NCBI GenBank assembly: GCA_043228905.1
Contig: JBHGNT010000011.1
Coordinates: forward strand, 16,864,001-16,928,000
Origin: Azolla caroliniana
Lineage: Eukaryota; Plantae; Polypodiophyta
Direction: 5' to 3'
DNA length: 64,000 nucleotides
The position numbers and the translations under genes were made by a program. Every line of letters starts with the position of its first letter. The stretch's first letter is position 1. The notes beneath the pieces are model-generated. The model had not been told where the DNA came from. It did not search any database and was given only the letters and a program-made list of their open reading frames with translations. This document shows positions 1 through 11,527 of the stretch, piece after piece.

Positions 1-1839
1 GGATGTTTCTACGGTGAGCAGTCCCAACCGGCAAGAGATCGGTTAGCACTTGAGGAACCATCCGGTTATGGTGAGGATACCGAACCGGCAGAAGAAGAAG
101 TAGAGGAAACTGAAACCGGAACTGGCCAAGACCCCGAATCGGATTCGGATGAAGAGCAAATGGAGGAGCCGGTTACCGAAGCCCAGAGACGGAGATATCC
201 TCTCAGAGAGAGAAGGCCCCCCCGGAGATTTTCGGATGCAGAGCATGTGCTGTTGACCGATGAGGGGGAGCCAGAAAGCTTCGAGGAAGCTAATAGTGAC
301 ACCCACAACCGCAAATGGTTAAGTGCCATGCAGGATGAGATGGATTCCTTGCATGAGAACCATACGTACGAATTGGTGGAGTTGTCGAAAGGAAAGCGGG
401 CACTCCGAAACAAGTGGGTGTACAAGTTGAAACCGGGAGATGCCGACAACCCCCCGAGATACAAAGCCAAGATCGTGGTGAAGGGGTTCCAGCAGAAGAA
501 GGGCGTGGACTTCGACGAGATATTTGTCCCGGTAGTAAAGATGACCTCCATCCGGACGGTGCTGAGTATAGCGGCAAGCATGGACCTCGAGGTAGAGCAG
601 CTGGACATGAAGACGACATTCCTTCACGGTGACCTCGAAGAGGAGATCTACATGCAACAATCGGAAGGATTCGTGGAGAAGGAGAAGGAGCACCTAGTAT
701 GCCGGTTGAAGAAGAGCCTGTACGGATTGAAGCAGGCTCCCTGACAATGGTACCGGAAGTTCGACTCCTTTATGACCGATCAAGGGTACCACAAGACGCA
801 TGCCGATCACTACGTGTTTGTGAAGAAGTTCGAAGGAGGCGACTTCCTAATACTCCTTCTGTACGTGGACGAAATGTTGATCGTCGGACGGGACCAAGCC
901 AAAATACGGATGCTGAAGAAGGCTCTCAACCGAACCTTCGCAATGAAAGACTTGGGTTCAACAAGACAGATGTTGGGGATGCATATCATCCGGAACCGGC
1001 CAACGAAGCAACTGTGGCTGTCACAGGAGAAATACGTGACAAAGGTGCTTCGGCGGTTCAACATGTCAGATGCGAAACCGGTCGGATCGACACTTCCGGC
1101 AAACTGTAGGTTATCCGGTAAGCAAAGCCCGAAGACGAAAGCAGAGAAGGCGGATATGATGAAGGTTCCATATGCCTCTGCCGTCGGGAGCTTAATGTAC
1201 GCAATGGTGTGTACCCGACCGGATATAGGATACGCAATCGGAGTGGTGAGCCGGTTTATGATCAATCTCGGCAAGGAGCACTGGAACGTGGTCAAATGGA
1301 TACTCTGGTACTTGAAGGGCACTTCAAATATGTGTCTCTGATTTGGCTCCGGTAAACCTCAACTTGACGGTTTTACCGATTCAGACATGTTGGTTGATGT
1401 GGATACCAGTCGGTCTACATCCAGGTATGTAATGACATATGCAGGGGGAGATGTTTCGTGGCAGTCGAGGCTGCGGAAGACGGTTGCGTTGTCAACCACG
1501 GAGGCGGAGTACATGGCGGTTGTGGAAGCCGGCAAGGAAATATTATGGATGAAGGACTTAATCGGAGAGCTCGGTATTCGACAAGATGAATACCGGCTCT
1601 ATTGCGACAGTCAAAGTGCCATCCACCTTGCTAAGAATGCGGCCTACCATTCCCGGACGAAGCATATCCAGCGAAGGTATCACTGGATCCAAGAAAGCGT
1701 AGATGACCAGGAGTTTGCGTTGACGAAGATCCACACAGCCGAGAACGGGTCAGATATGCTGACCAAAGTACTGATACCCGACAAGCTGGATGCATGCCGG
1801 AAACGGATCGGTCTAGTAAGACATCCCATGCCAGAGTGA
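1..1839 (+). pseudogene. pol: copia pol fragment (RT and RNase H) with premature stops
   Basis: Motifs KKSLYGLKQAP, LLLYVDEML, ALSTTEAEY and RTKHI. In-frame TGA at 742-744 and 1339-1341 where elements B and C have CGG and CGA. Confidence 0.9.
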
Positions 1840-1900
1840 AGGGGGAGTTTGTTAGGAAACAAGTCCCTCCGGATGGGAAATGAGAAGAACAGTCAGATTT

Positions 1901-2030
1901 GGAGTACCCGGCTACGGAAGACCCGATGAGAACCAGATGTGGTGTACCCGGCAAGCGCCGGATGAGGAGTACCCGACTACGGAAGACCCAGTGAGAACCG
2001 GATGAGGAGTACCCGGCATGAGCCGGTTGG
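1901..2030 (+). repeat. two ~66-bp tandem units in U3 of the element A LTR
   Basis: GGAGTACCCG(G/A)CTACGGAAGACCC..TGAGAACC.GATG.GG.GTACCCGGCA occurs twice. Confidence 0.7.
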
Positions 2031-2266
2031 TGAAGGCCCGGTGAGAAGTGCTCACCGGAGGAAGGGACATATTTGTAAATATGTTTTCTGAGAGTCCATC
2101 GGGGCTATATTTGTAAATAGCCGGAAAGTCATATTAGTATAAATATGACTTAGGGCAAACAGAGAATTGTGTTGTTGTCGTTCTTGTTGGCGCAAGATTA
2201 GAGCGCGTAATAGTGTACAGAGAGAGAGAGAGAGAGAGAGGAAGAGGTTGTTGTCTCTGTTGTAAC

Positions 2267-2871
2267 TGTTGGGATTACGGTCCCTTCGGATGGGATGGTC
2301 GGATGTCGGAGATGAATGCCGACAAGCCCGATTGCGGTTTCGGAACCGGATGATGAAGACCCCGGCTTCGGAGCCGGATGACGAATGTACCCGGAGAGAG
2401 ATCCGGATGCGGGGACATATCTGTGAATATGTTTGCCAAGGGCCCTTGAGGCTATAGTTGTAAATAGCCCCAAAGTCATATGTGTATAAATATGACTTAG
2501 GGCAAACAGCTTTAATGTTGCTACTCATTTTTCTGTTTTGCCACTCAAGAGGAGTGAAGAGAGAGCAGCCGTGAGAGAGATAGAGCGTGAGAGAGGAAGA
2601 GGTAGACGCCTCTGTGTATTTCCGCCGCCTGTGGCGAGGACAGCGAGCTCAAGGTCGTCGCCTTGCAGCTCGCCATTGTATACTTCTCTGTGCATAGTTT
2701 TGGTTCGGAGTCTTGCACTCCCGTGGTTTTTCCCGTACAGGGTTTTCCACGTTAAATCGTGTGTCCACTTATTTACTTCTGCATTTCCCATTTTCTGCAA
2801 CAACGATTCGTGTGTTTCCTTGGTTGTGGCCGAGAGGTGAAGATTGGAAAGTGTCGATTAATTTTCCATCA
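2267..2871 (+). repeat. 5' LTR of copia B
   Basis: Direct repeat of 6986-7590, followed by the PBS. Confidence 0.95.
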
Positions 2872-2901
2872 ATTTGGTATCAGAGCGGGCTGCTGCAGAA
2901 A

Positions 2902-5900
2902 ATGGAAGGCGGCGGCAGCGGGCAGCCGGGGATGATGGTGCTGAATGCGCAGAATTACGCCGACTGGAAGATCAAGATGGAGGATCTTCTGATTGTTCGG
3001 GACCTGTACGAACCGATTGACAGGTCGGAAATACCGAAGGGAGTACTTGAGTCGGAATGGAGGCTTCTGAACCGGAAAGCCGTTGCAACCATTCGGCAAT
3101 ACGTAGACGTGAGCGTTCTACAACATGTGGCGAACGACATCAACGCATATGAGATGTGGCGGAAGCTGTCGGGCCTCTACGAGAGGAAGAATGCGTTGAA
3201 CCGGACCTCCCTGATGAGGAAGATAGTGAACCTCAAGTACCGGGACGGCGAGAGTATGGTGGAACACGTAAGCACGTTCATGGGATTCGTGAACCAGCTT
3301 GCGGCGATCAAGTTCCCGCTGGAGGATGCAATGCAAGCCATCATTCTGATGTGTACATTGCCGGAAAGCTGGGAGAACTTGGTGGTGACTCTCAGCACCT
3401 CCTGCACGGAAGATAACTTGTCCCTACAAACGGTAAAGACAAGTATTTTGAACGAAGAAGCGCGTCGGAGAGATAAAGAACCGGCCTCCGACTCGAAGGC
3501 GCTGCTTACCGAATCGGAACGGGGAAGACAATGGAACCGGAGTCCGCAAAGACGGGAGAAGTCGGGGACCCGGTCGCAGTCAAGAGGAAGACCCACATGC
3601 TTCCACTGTGGGAAGCCGGGGCACTTCCGGAAGAATTGTCGGCATTACCGAAAGGACAACGGAGCCGACGACACCGATTCGAAGAAGTCACCGGAGAGAA
3701 ACGGTGCATACCGGGGAGCCACGGACCGGAGAGGTCCGGATCGGCGAGGGCAGGACCGGAAAGGAACGACGGCACTCGCGGCAAGTGAGGAAGAAATCAT
3801 GCTCATCACCGAAGAAGGTGAACTAAACATTGCCGGCGATGAGACGACCTGGGTGGTCGATTCCGGAGCATCGTTCCACCTGACTCCGGTGAGAAGATAC
3901 TTCTCATCCTACACAGCCGGTGAGCATGGCTGTGTTCGGATGGGAAATGAAGGTACGTGCCGGATTGCCGGCATAGGAGACGTGTGGTTGACAACCCCGA
4001 CCGGATGCAAAATGCTGCTGAAGGATGTCCGACACGTTCCGGAGGTTCGATTGAACCTGATTTCGGCCGGGAGGCTAGACGATGAAGGCTACACAGGCAG
4101 CATCCGGAACGGCGTAATGAAGTTCAGCAAGGGGAGCCTGATAGTGGCTCGGGCCCGGAAAGTCAACACACTGTACCTTATGAATGCCTGGTTGTGTCCG
4201 GAAGAGTTGAACGTGGCAGCCGACACTGCCGGTGAGCTGTGGCACAAGAGACTGTGCCACATGAGTGAGAAGGGGATGAAGAGGCTTGCAGAAGACAACC
4301 TTATTCCAGTGAAGCATGTGCACCTGGAGAAGTGCACCGATTGCCTGGCCGGTAAGCAGAACCGAACCTCCTTCCATTCAAGGCCACCGACGAGACGTAG
4401 CGCACCATTGGAGTTGGTGCACACTGATGTGTGTCAGGTAGAAACGAAGTCACATGGCGGAGCCCAGTACTTCGTAACATTCATTGATGATCACAGCCGG
4501 AAGCTGTGGACGGCACCGTTGAAGACAAAGGACCAAGTGTTGTGCGTCTTCAAAGAACTCCACGCGAGAGTGGAAAGGGAATCCGGCAAGAAGCTGAAAG
4601 CGATACGAGCGGATAACGGAGGGGAATACCGGGGGCAGTTCCAGGAGTACTGTCGCTCGAAGGGAATCCGGCTCGAGTTTACTGTGCCGAAGACGCCGGA
4701 ACTAAACGGGCTGGCCGAGAGGATGAACCGGACCATAATGGAGAGGGTCCGGAGTATGCTGGCGCATGCGAAATTACCCAAGGGGTTTTGGGCTGAGGCA
4801 ATGTCGACGGCGACATACGTGATAAACAGATCACCCTCAGTACCTTTGGACGGAGACACGCCGCAGAAAGTGTGGACCGGTAAGGAAGTGTCCTACCGGC
4901 ATCTGAAGGTGTTCGGGTGTCTCGCATACGTGCATGTGGCAAAGGACCGGAGAGGAAAGCTAGATCCAAAGACCCGGCCATGCATATTCCTCGGTTACGG
5001 CGACGATGAGTTCGGCTACCGAGTATGGGACCCGGTCGACAAGAAGATATTCAGGAGTCGAGACATCATCTTCATGGAGGACAGGACACTCGCCGACTGG
5101 GAGTCGGAGAAGAAGATGAAGAGCTCCAAGTCGACTTGTGAGGATCAACTCTACGAGGAGCAGTCCCGATCGGCAAGGGACCGGTTAGCACTCGAGGATC
5201 CGGCCGAAGACGGTGAAGAAACAGAACCGGCCGAAGAAGATGAAAATGATACCGGAACCGGCCCCGATCCCGAAATGGATTCGGATGAAGAAGAATCGGA
5301 AGAACCGGTTACCGAAGCTCCGGAACGGAGATATCCTCTAAGAGAGAGAAGGCCCCCCCGGAGATTTCCGGAACCAGAGCACGTGCTGCTAACCGACGAG
5401 GGGGAGCCGGAGAGCTTTGAAGAAGCAAAGCATGACACCCAGAGCCGCAGGTGGTTGAGTGCCATGCAGGACGAGATGGATTCCCTGCATGAGAACCACA
5501 CATATGAACTTGTGGAGTTGCCGAAAGGAAAGCGGGCACTTCGAAACAAGTGGGTGTTCAAGCTGAAACCGGGAGATGCCGGAAACCCCCCGAGATACAA
5601 AGCCAGGATCGTGGTGAAGGGGTTTTAGCAGAAGAAGGGCGTCGACTTCGACGAGATATTTGCCCCGGTAGTGAAGATGACCTCCATCCGGACGGTGCTG
5701 AGCATAGCGGCAAGCATGGACCTCGAGGTAGAACAGATGGACGTGAAGACGACATTCCTTCACGGTGACCTCGAAGAAGAGATCTACATGCAGCAACCGG
5801 AAGGATTCGAGAAGAAAGGGAAGGAGCACCTGGTATGCCGGTTGAAGAAGAGCCTTTACGGACTGAAGCAGGCTCCCCGGCAATGGTACCGGAAGTTCGA

Positions 5901-6975
5901 CTCCTTCATGACCGACGAAGGGTACCTCAAAATGCAGTCCGACCATTGCGTGTTTGTGAAGAAGTTCGAAGGAGGAGACTTTCTAATACTCCTCCTATAC
6001 GTGGACGACATGTTGATCGTCGGACGGGACCAGGTCAAGATACGGATGCTGAAGAAGGCTCTTCACCGAACCTTCTCAATGAAGGACTTGGGTCCGGCGA
6101 GACAAATACTAGGGATGCACATCATCCGGGACCGGAGCAAGAAGCAGTTGTGGCTGTCACAGGAGAAGTACGTGACAAAGGTGCTTAAACGGTTCAACAT
6201 GTCGGAAGCAAGACCGGTCGGATCGACCCTCCCGGCAAACTGCAAGCTGTCCAGCAAGCAAAGCCCCAAGACAAAGGCTGAGAAGGAGGACATGATGAAA
6301 GTGCCATATGCCTCTGCCGTCGGAAGCTTGATGTACGCAATGGTGTGTACAAGACCGGACATTGGATACGCAGTCGGAGTGGTGAGCCGGTACATGAGCA
6401 ATCCCGGCAAAGAGCATTGGAACACGGCCAAGTGGATACTCCGATACCTGAAGGGCACGGCAAACGTGTGCCTCCGATTCGGCTCCAGTAAGCCCGAACT
6501 CGACGGCTTCACCGATTCGGATATGTCGGCTGATGCAGATACCAGCCGGTCCACATCAGGGTATGTGATGACGTATGCAGGGGGAGCTGTTTCATGGCAG
6601 TCGAGGCTGCAGAAGACGGTTGCGTTGTCAACCACGGAGGCGGAGTACATGGCGGCTGTTGAAGCCGGCAAGGAAATAATATGGATGAAGGACTTCATTA
6701 GAGAGCTCGGTATCCGGCAGGAGGAGTACCGACTCTACTGCGACAGTCAGAGTGCAATCCACCTTGCGAAGAACGCGGCCTATCACTCCCGGACGAAGCA
6801 CATCCAGCGAAGATATCACTGGATCCGGGAAAGGATAGAAGACAAGGAGTTCGTGCTGACGAAGGTCCACACGGACGAGAACGGGTCGGATATGCTGACC
6901 AAGGTGCTCACACCCGACAAGCTGGAAGCATGCCGGAAGAGGATCAGATTGGAGAGACATCCCATGCCGAAGTGA
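2902..6975 (+). pseudogene. gag-pol: copia gag-pol polyprotein with a single nonsense mutation
   Basis: ATG 2902. Zinc knuckle CFHCGKPGHFRKNC, protease WVVDSGAS, integrase (WHKRLCH, HTDV, RADNGGE, NGLAER), RT YVDDML, RNaseH. TAG at 5626-5628 corresponds to CAG in element C. Confidence 0.95.
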
Positions 6976-6985
6976 AGGGGGAGTT

Positions 6986-7590
6986 TGTTGGGATTACGGT
7001 CCCTTCGGATGGGATGGTCGGATGTCGGAGATGAATGCCGACAAGCCCGGTTGCGGTTTCGGAACCGGATGATGAAGACCCCGGCTTCGAGGCCGGATGA
7101 CGAATGTACCCGGAGAGAGATCCGGATGCGGGGACATATCTGTGAATATGTTTGCCAAGGGCCCTTGAGGCTATAGTTGTAAATAGCCCCAAAGTCATAT
7201 GTGTATAAATATGACTTAGGGCAAACAGCTTTAATGTTGCTACTCATTTTTCTGTTTTGCCACTCAAGAGGAGTGAAGAGAGAGCAGCCGTGAGAGAGAT
7301 AGAGCGTGAGAGAGGAAGAGGTAGACGCCTCTGTGTATTTCCGCCGCCTGTGGCGAGGACAGCGAGCTCAAGGTCGTCGCCTTGCAGCTCGCCATTGTAT
7401 ACTTCTCTGTGCATAGTTTTGGTTCGGAGTCTTGCACTCCCGTGGTTTTTCCCGTACAGGGTTTTCCACGTTAAATCGTGTGTCCACTTATTTACTTCTG
7501 CATTTCCCATTTTCTGCAACAACGATTCGTGTGTTTCCTTGGTTGTGGCCGAGAGGTGAAGATTGGAAAGTGTCGATTAATTTTCCATCA
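6986..7590 (+). repeat. 3' LTR of copia B
   Basis: Follows the PPT; direct repeat of 2267-2871. Confidence 0.95.
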
Positions 7591-7845
7591 GTAACCGCCG
7601 CCTGTGGCGAAGATCGTGAGCACGAGGTCGTCGCCTACATGAACTCACTGTTGTAACCATTGTGATATAGTGATAGTTTGGAGTCTGTGGACTCCCGTGG
7701 TTTTTCCCTCTCAGGGTTTTCCACGTTAAACATCCTGTGTTCTCTTCTCTCCTTTGTGTCGTGTGTATTCATTCCCGTTTTCTGTGTTTGATCTTAGACT
7801 TGGTTGTGGCCGAGCGGTGTTCATCGGAGCGTGTAGTTCCTGTCA

Positions 7846-9590
7846 CTACCTTCATCGTGAAGGCATAGTGATGGGCCATGTACTCGTTGTAGCCGAGCTT
7901 AGTTACAAGGTTCTTAGCTCTAGACGAGCTTTGAAGTTTTTCGCTCGCCGATGTGAGCGCCTTCTTTACTCCGGGTGTCGCATGATGGGTACACCAAACT
8001 CACTATCTAGCGAGTGAGCTGACGCATCCGAATCACTGTTGTCGGGGTGGTCGACTTCGTATTCGGGCATCTTACCTTTGCCTTTGTCCAAGGTCATACT
8101 TGTAGCCAAGCTTAGTGAAAGGGTTCTTAGCTCTAGACGAGCTTTGAAGTTTTTCGCTCGCCGATGTGAGCGCCTTCTTTACTCCTGGTGTCGCATGATG
8201 GGTACACCAAACTCACTGTCTAGTGAGTGAGCTGACGCATCCGAATCACTGTTGTCGGGGTGGTCGACTTTGTATTCGGGCATCTTACCTTTGCCTTTGT
8301 CCAAGGTCATACTTGGTCGCGACGTGCGTGGGTCGTGCGAGGGCTCTTGTGGCCCACTTAGCTTTGTCGTAATTTGACTTTCTTTGAACATGTGTTTGAA
8401 GTGATCTCCATCTTCTACCTCTTGTTCGGCGGATTCTGGGTCGAGTGGAGTCGGAGTTGAAGTTGTCTCTGGCGCGTACCAGGATGCGGACTCGTCGAAG
8501 ACCAAGTCTCGACTTACCCGAACCGCTCGGGTAGAAGGGTTGTAGCACTTGTATGCCTTCTTCTCGGATGAGTATCCTATGAGGATACATTCCTCCGACT
8601 TCGCGTTGGGCTTCTGTCGTTGTTCGTTCGGGATGCGTATATTCGCAATGCTTCCGAACACCTTGAGGTGCGACAGGATTGGCTTCCTTCCGACGAGGAG
8701 CTCGTATGGAGTTAGCTCATGCACTCCATTAGTGGTGCACCGGTTCATGAGATAGACAGCCGTGGATGCCGCTTCGGCCCAATAGAAGTTCGGCATGTGC
8801 TTATCATGCATCATGGCGCATGCTACCTCAAATATTTACCGATTCTTCCTTTCGGCTACGCCATTTTGTTGGGGTGTGTGTTGGCACGAGAATTCTCTCC
8901 GAATGCCTTCACTTTGGAGGTAGGGGGTGAATTGATCGGAGAAGTACTCCTTGCCTCCATCCGATCGTAGGCATCGAATGTGCAGACCGGTTTCTTTTTC
9001 GACTTGGCCCTTGAGCTTTTGGAAGTGGGAGAACACTTCGCTCTTCTTCTTCATTGGGAAGATCCACGCGCAACGCGATTAGTCGTCGATGAAGGTGACA
9101 TAGAATCGGCATTCGCCGATCGTCGGCGTTTGAACCGGTTCCTATACATCCGAGTGTATGATGTCGAGGAGGCCTTTGCTCGCATGGCTCTCCTTCGGGA
9201 ATGGGAGTCGATGTTGTTTGCCAAGTTGACATGCTTCGCATACTCGGTCGACTTGTTTTGACTCGAATGTCAGAAGTCCGATGAGGACTCCCTTTGTTTG
9301 CATTGCTCGTAGCCGTTGGAGGTTTATGTAGCCGATTCTTTTGTGCCACAACTCGATGCTTGTCTTAGTTTTGAGACCTTTGGCATACATGGCCGATTTC
9401 ACCTCGTTAGAATCGAGAATGAACATGCGACCATCTCTCTGTCCCTTGGCTATGAGTCGGCCATCTTTCTCGATGAAACAACCTTCGTTGTTGAAGCAGA
9501 CTTGCATGCCTTGCTCCACGATTTGGCCAACGGAGACCAAATTCTTCGTTATTGTGGGCACATGCAAGACATATTTTCTCACCCCAACTT
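7846..9590 (-). mobile_element. Degraded Ty1/copia fragment of a different family (GAG-pre-integrase and integrase)
   Basis: Minus-strand frameshifted ORFs: VLHVPTITKNLVSVGQ...LWHKRIG, CLRSDGGKE...TPQQNGVAERKNR, YWAEAASTAVYLMNR...HLKVFGS...KAYKCYNP. Confidence 0.85.
7887..8313. repeat. ~213-bp tandem duplication inside the degraded copia
   Basis: The unit starting TTGTAGCC(G/A)AGCTTAGT at 7887 is repeated at 8100. Confidence 0.85.
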
Positions 9591-10889
9591 GTGAACCAAA
9601 AGTGAAGGCATTCCTTATATTCGAATTGAACCATAGCCCCTAATACCCCAAGTACTCAAAAATAATTTGGAAATGGGGCATAGTTTCATTGTTCTCCATA
9701 TGTGCAAAAACCCAATTGAATGAAGATAGTCTTATTCTAAAAATTTAAAGACATCCACACTAAATTGATATACCTCCAAACCATTCTAGCCATCGGGCAT
9801 GAAAGAAATTGATGCCTACTATGTTCCAATTCCATTGAACAAGAGAAATGCATCCCTCTAGCAATGCCTCTTTTGTTTAGTGCATCCCCAAATGGTAAAG
9901 CTACAACCATAGCTCTCCAAATGAATATCTTAGCTCATAACATCAATCAAGAACACTAACTTACCTTGATCATATGAAACCACTAGGTAATGCGCTTACG
10001 AAAACTCTATATCTTTATAGCCCTTTCTTCCACCTACTTATGTTTGCCAATCAAGTTTTGATAAGCATCATTTGTTGAGATCATAGTCAATCTCCTATTT
10101 CCAACAAATGTCCAATTAAGCTCTTGAGATCCCCCATCTTAATCAGGATTGGTTCATACCATTATAATGATCCTTTATCCCAAATAAAGGTATAACCTTT
10201 TGGAATACGAAATGTTGATCTTGATGTTTAAAAGGCCATTAATATTCTTTGTGACATCAACATAACATCCTTGACTGTTACCAAACCCAATCCAACCATC
10301 CGATTAAATTGAAGGTTAAGAAATGGTTTATCTTCCCACCTCAACAACCTTAATGTCACCAAAACCTCTGTTTTGGCACATTCCTTTTCTTGTGGAGGAT
10401 GCCATTGCATAAAATCTAACATACTTTGTCAAAATGTCAACCAATGATTAACTATCAAAGACCCTACACACTTGACATCCCTTTCAAAATTAAAGACATT
10501 CCACCAATTAACATCAATCGTCATGTTTCCAAGCTTAATTCCTATCTTCTCTATGAAGTATGCCACCATTTCCGTTGAACATAAATCGAATGAAAGTAAA
10601 TCAATGAGCCACCATAAGCTCATATAAATTCAATATTGATGTCCCACCAAGATGATTCAGAGTACAAACATGACCCCATGCCAATCATGACATGGAACTT
10701 TACTCTTTTATCTTCCATAACAACATCCGTTTTGAGTATGACACCATTTCAAGAGAGCTTTCTTTGACCATGGTAACAAGGGAAGATAATAAGACACCAT
10801 AGAAACCGTAATTGATTGGACAACCTTAAGCCGTACATGAAAAGGCCAGAGTTGAGACCTCCAATACATAAACTTATACTCCAATTTAT

Positions 10890-11498
10890 TGTTGGGATTT
10901 CGGTCCCTTTCGGATGGGATGGTCGGATATCGGAGATGAATGCCGACAAGCCCGGTTTCGGTTTCGGATCCGGATGACGAAGACCCCGGCTTCGGTGCCG
11001 GATGACGAATGTACCCGGAGAGCGATCCGGATGCAGGGACATATCCGTGAATATGTTCGCTACGAGCCCCCTGAGGCTATAGTTGTAAATAGCCCAAAGT
11101 CATATAAGTATAAATATGACTTAGGGCAAACAGTTTTTCTGTTGCTTCTCATTTTTCTGTTTTTCCACTTTAGAGGAGTGAAGAGAGAGCAGCCGTGAGA
11201 GAGAGAAAGAGAGAGAGCGCGAGAGAGAGAAAGAGGTAGACGCCTCTGTGTATTTCCGCCGCCTGTGGCGAGGACAGCGAGCTCAAGGTCGTCGCCTTGG
11301 AGCTCGCCATTGTATATTTCTCTGTGCATAGTTTGGTTCGGAGTCTCGCACTCCCGTGGTTTTTCCCGTATAGGGTTTTCCACGTTAATCCCTGTGTATC
11401 GCGTCTTTCTCTGTATTTCCTATTTTCTGCTACATTGATCCGCGATTAATCGGTTGTGGCCGAGTTGAGAAGGTGAATCCAAGCGTTGATTCCCAACA
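10890..11498 (+). repeat. 5' LTR of copia C
   Basis: TGTTGGGA...TCCCAACA perfect terminal inverted ends; direct repeat of 15615-16223. Confidence 0.95.
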
Positions 11499-11527
11499 AA
11501 CTGGTATCAGAGCGACTGTTGCAGAAA

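Larger units (their letters stand above)
2267..7590 (+). mobile_element. Full-length Ty1/copia LTR retrotransposon B nested in the 3' LTR of element A
   Basis: 605-bp LTRs at 2267-2871 and 6986-7590 (TG...CA, about 3 substitutions seen). 5-bp TSD GTAAC at 2262-2266 and 7591-7595. PBS TGGTATCAGAGC (tRNAiMet) 2875-2886. PPT 6976-6983. Confidence 0.97.
1..7845 (+). mobile_element. Ty1/copia LTR retrotransposon A (3' part; 5' end outside window; its 3' LTR is interrupted by element B)
   Basis: RT/RNaseH coding to TGA 1837-1839, then PPT AGGGGGAG 1840-1847. The 3' LTR starts TGTTAGGAAAC at 1850, is broken at 2266, resumes at 7596 and probably ends ...TTCCTGTCA at 7845. Confidence 0.88.

Noticed and set aside
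5626-5634. Programmed stop-codon readthrough in copia B
   Set aside because: Elements A and C have CAG here, so this is a simple C-to-T change. The context TAG CAG AAG does not match the CARYYA readthrough motif.
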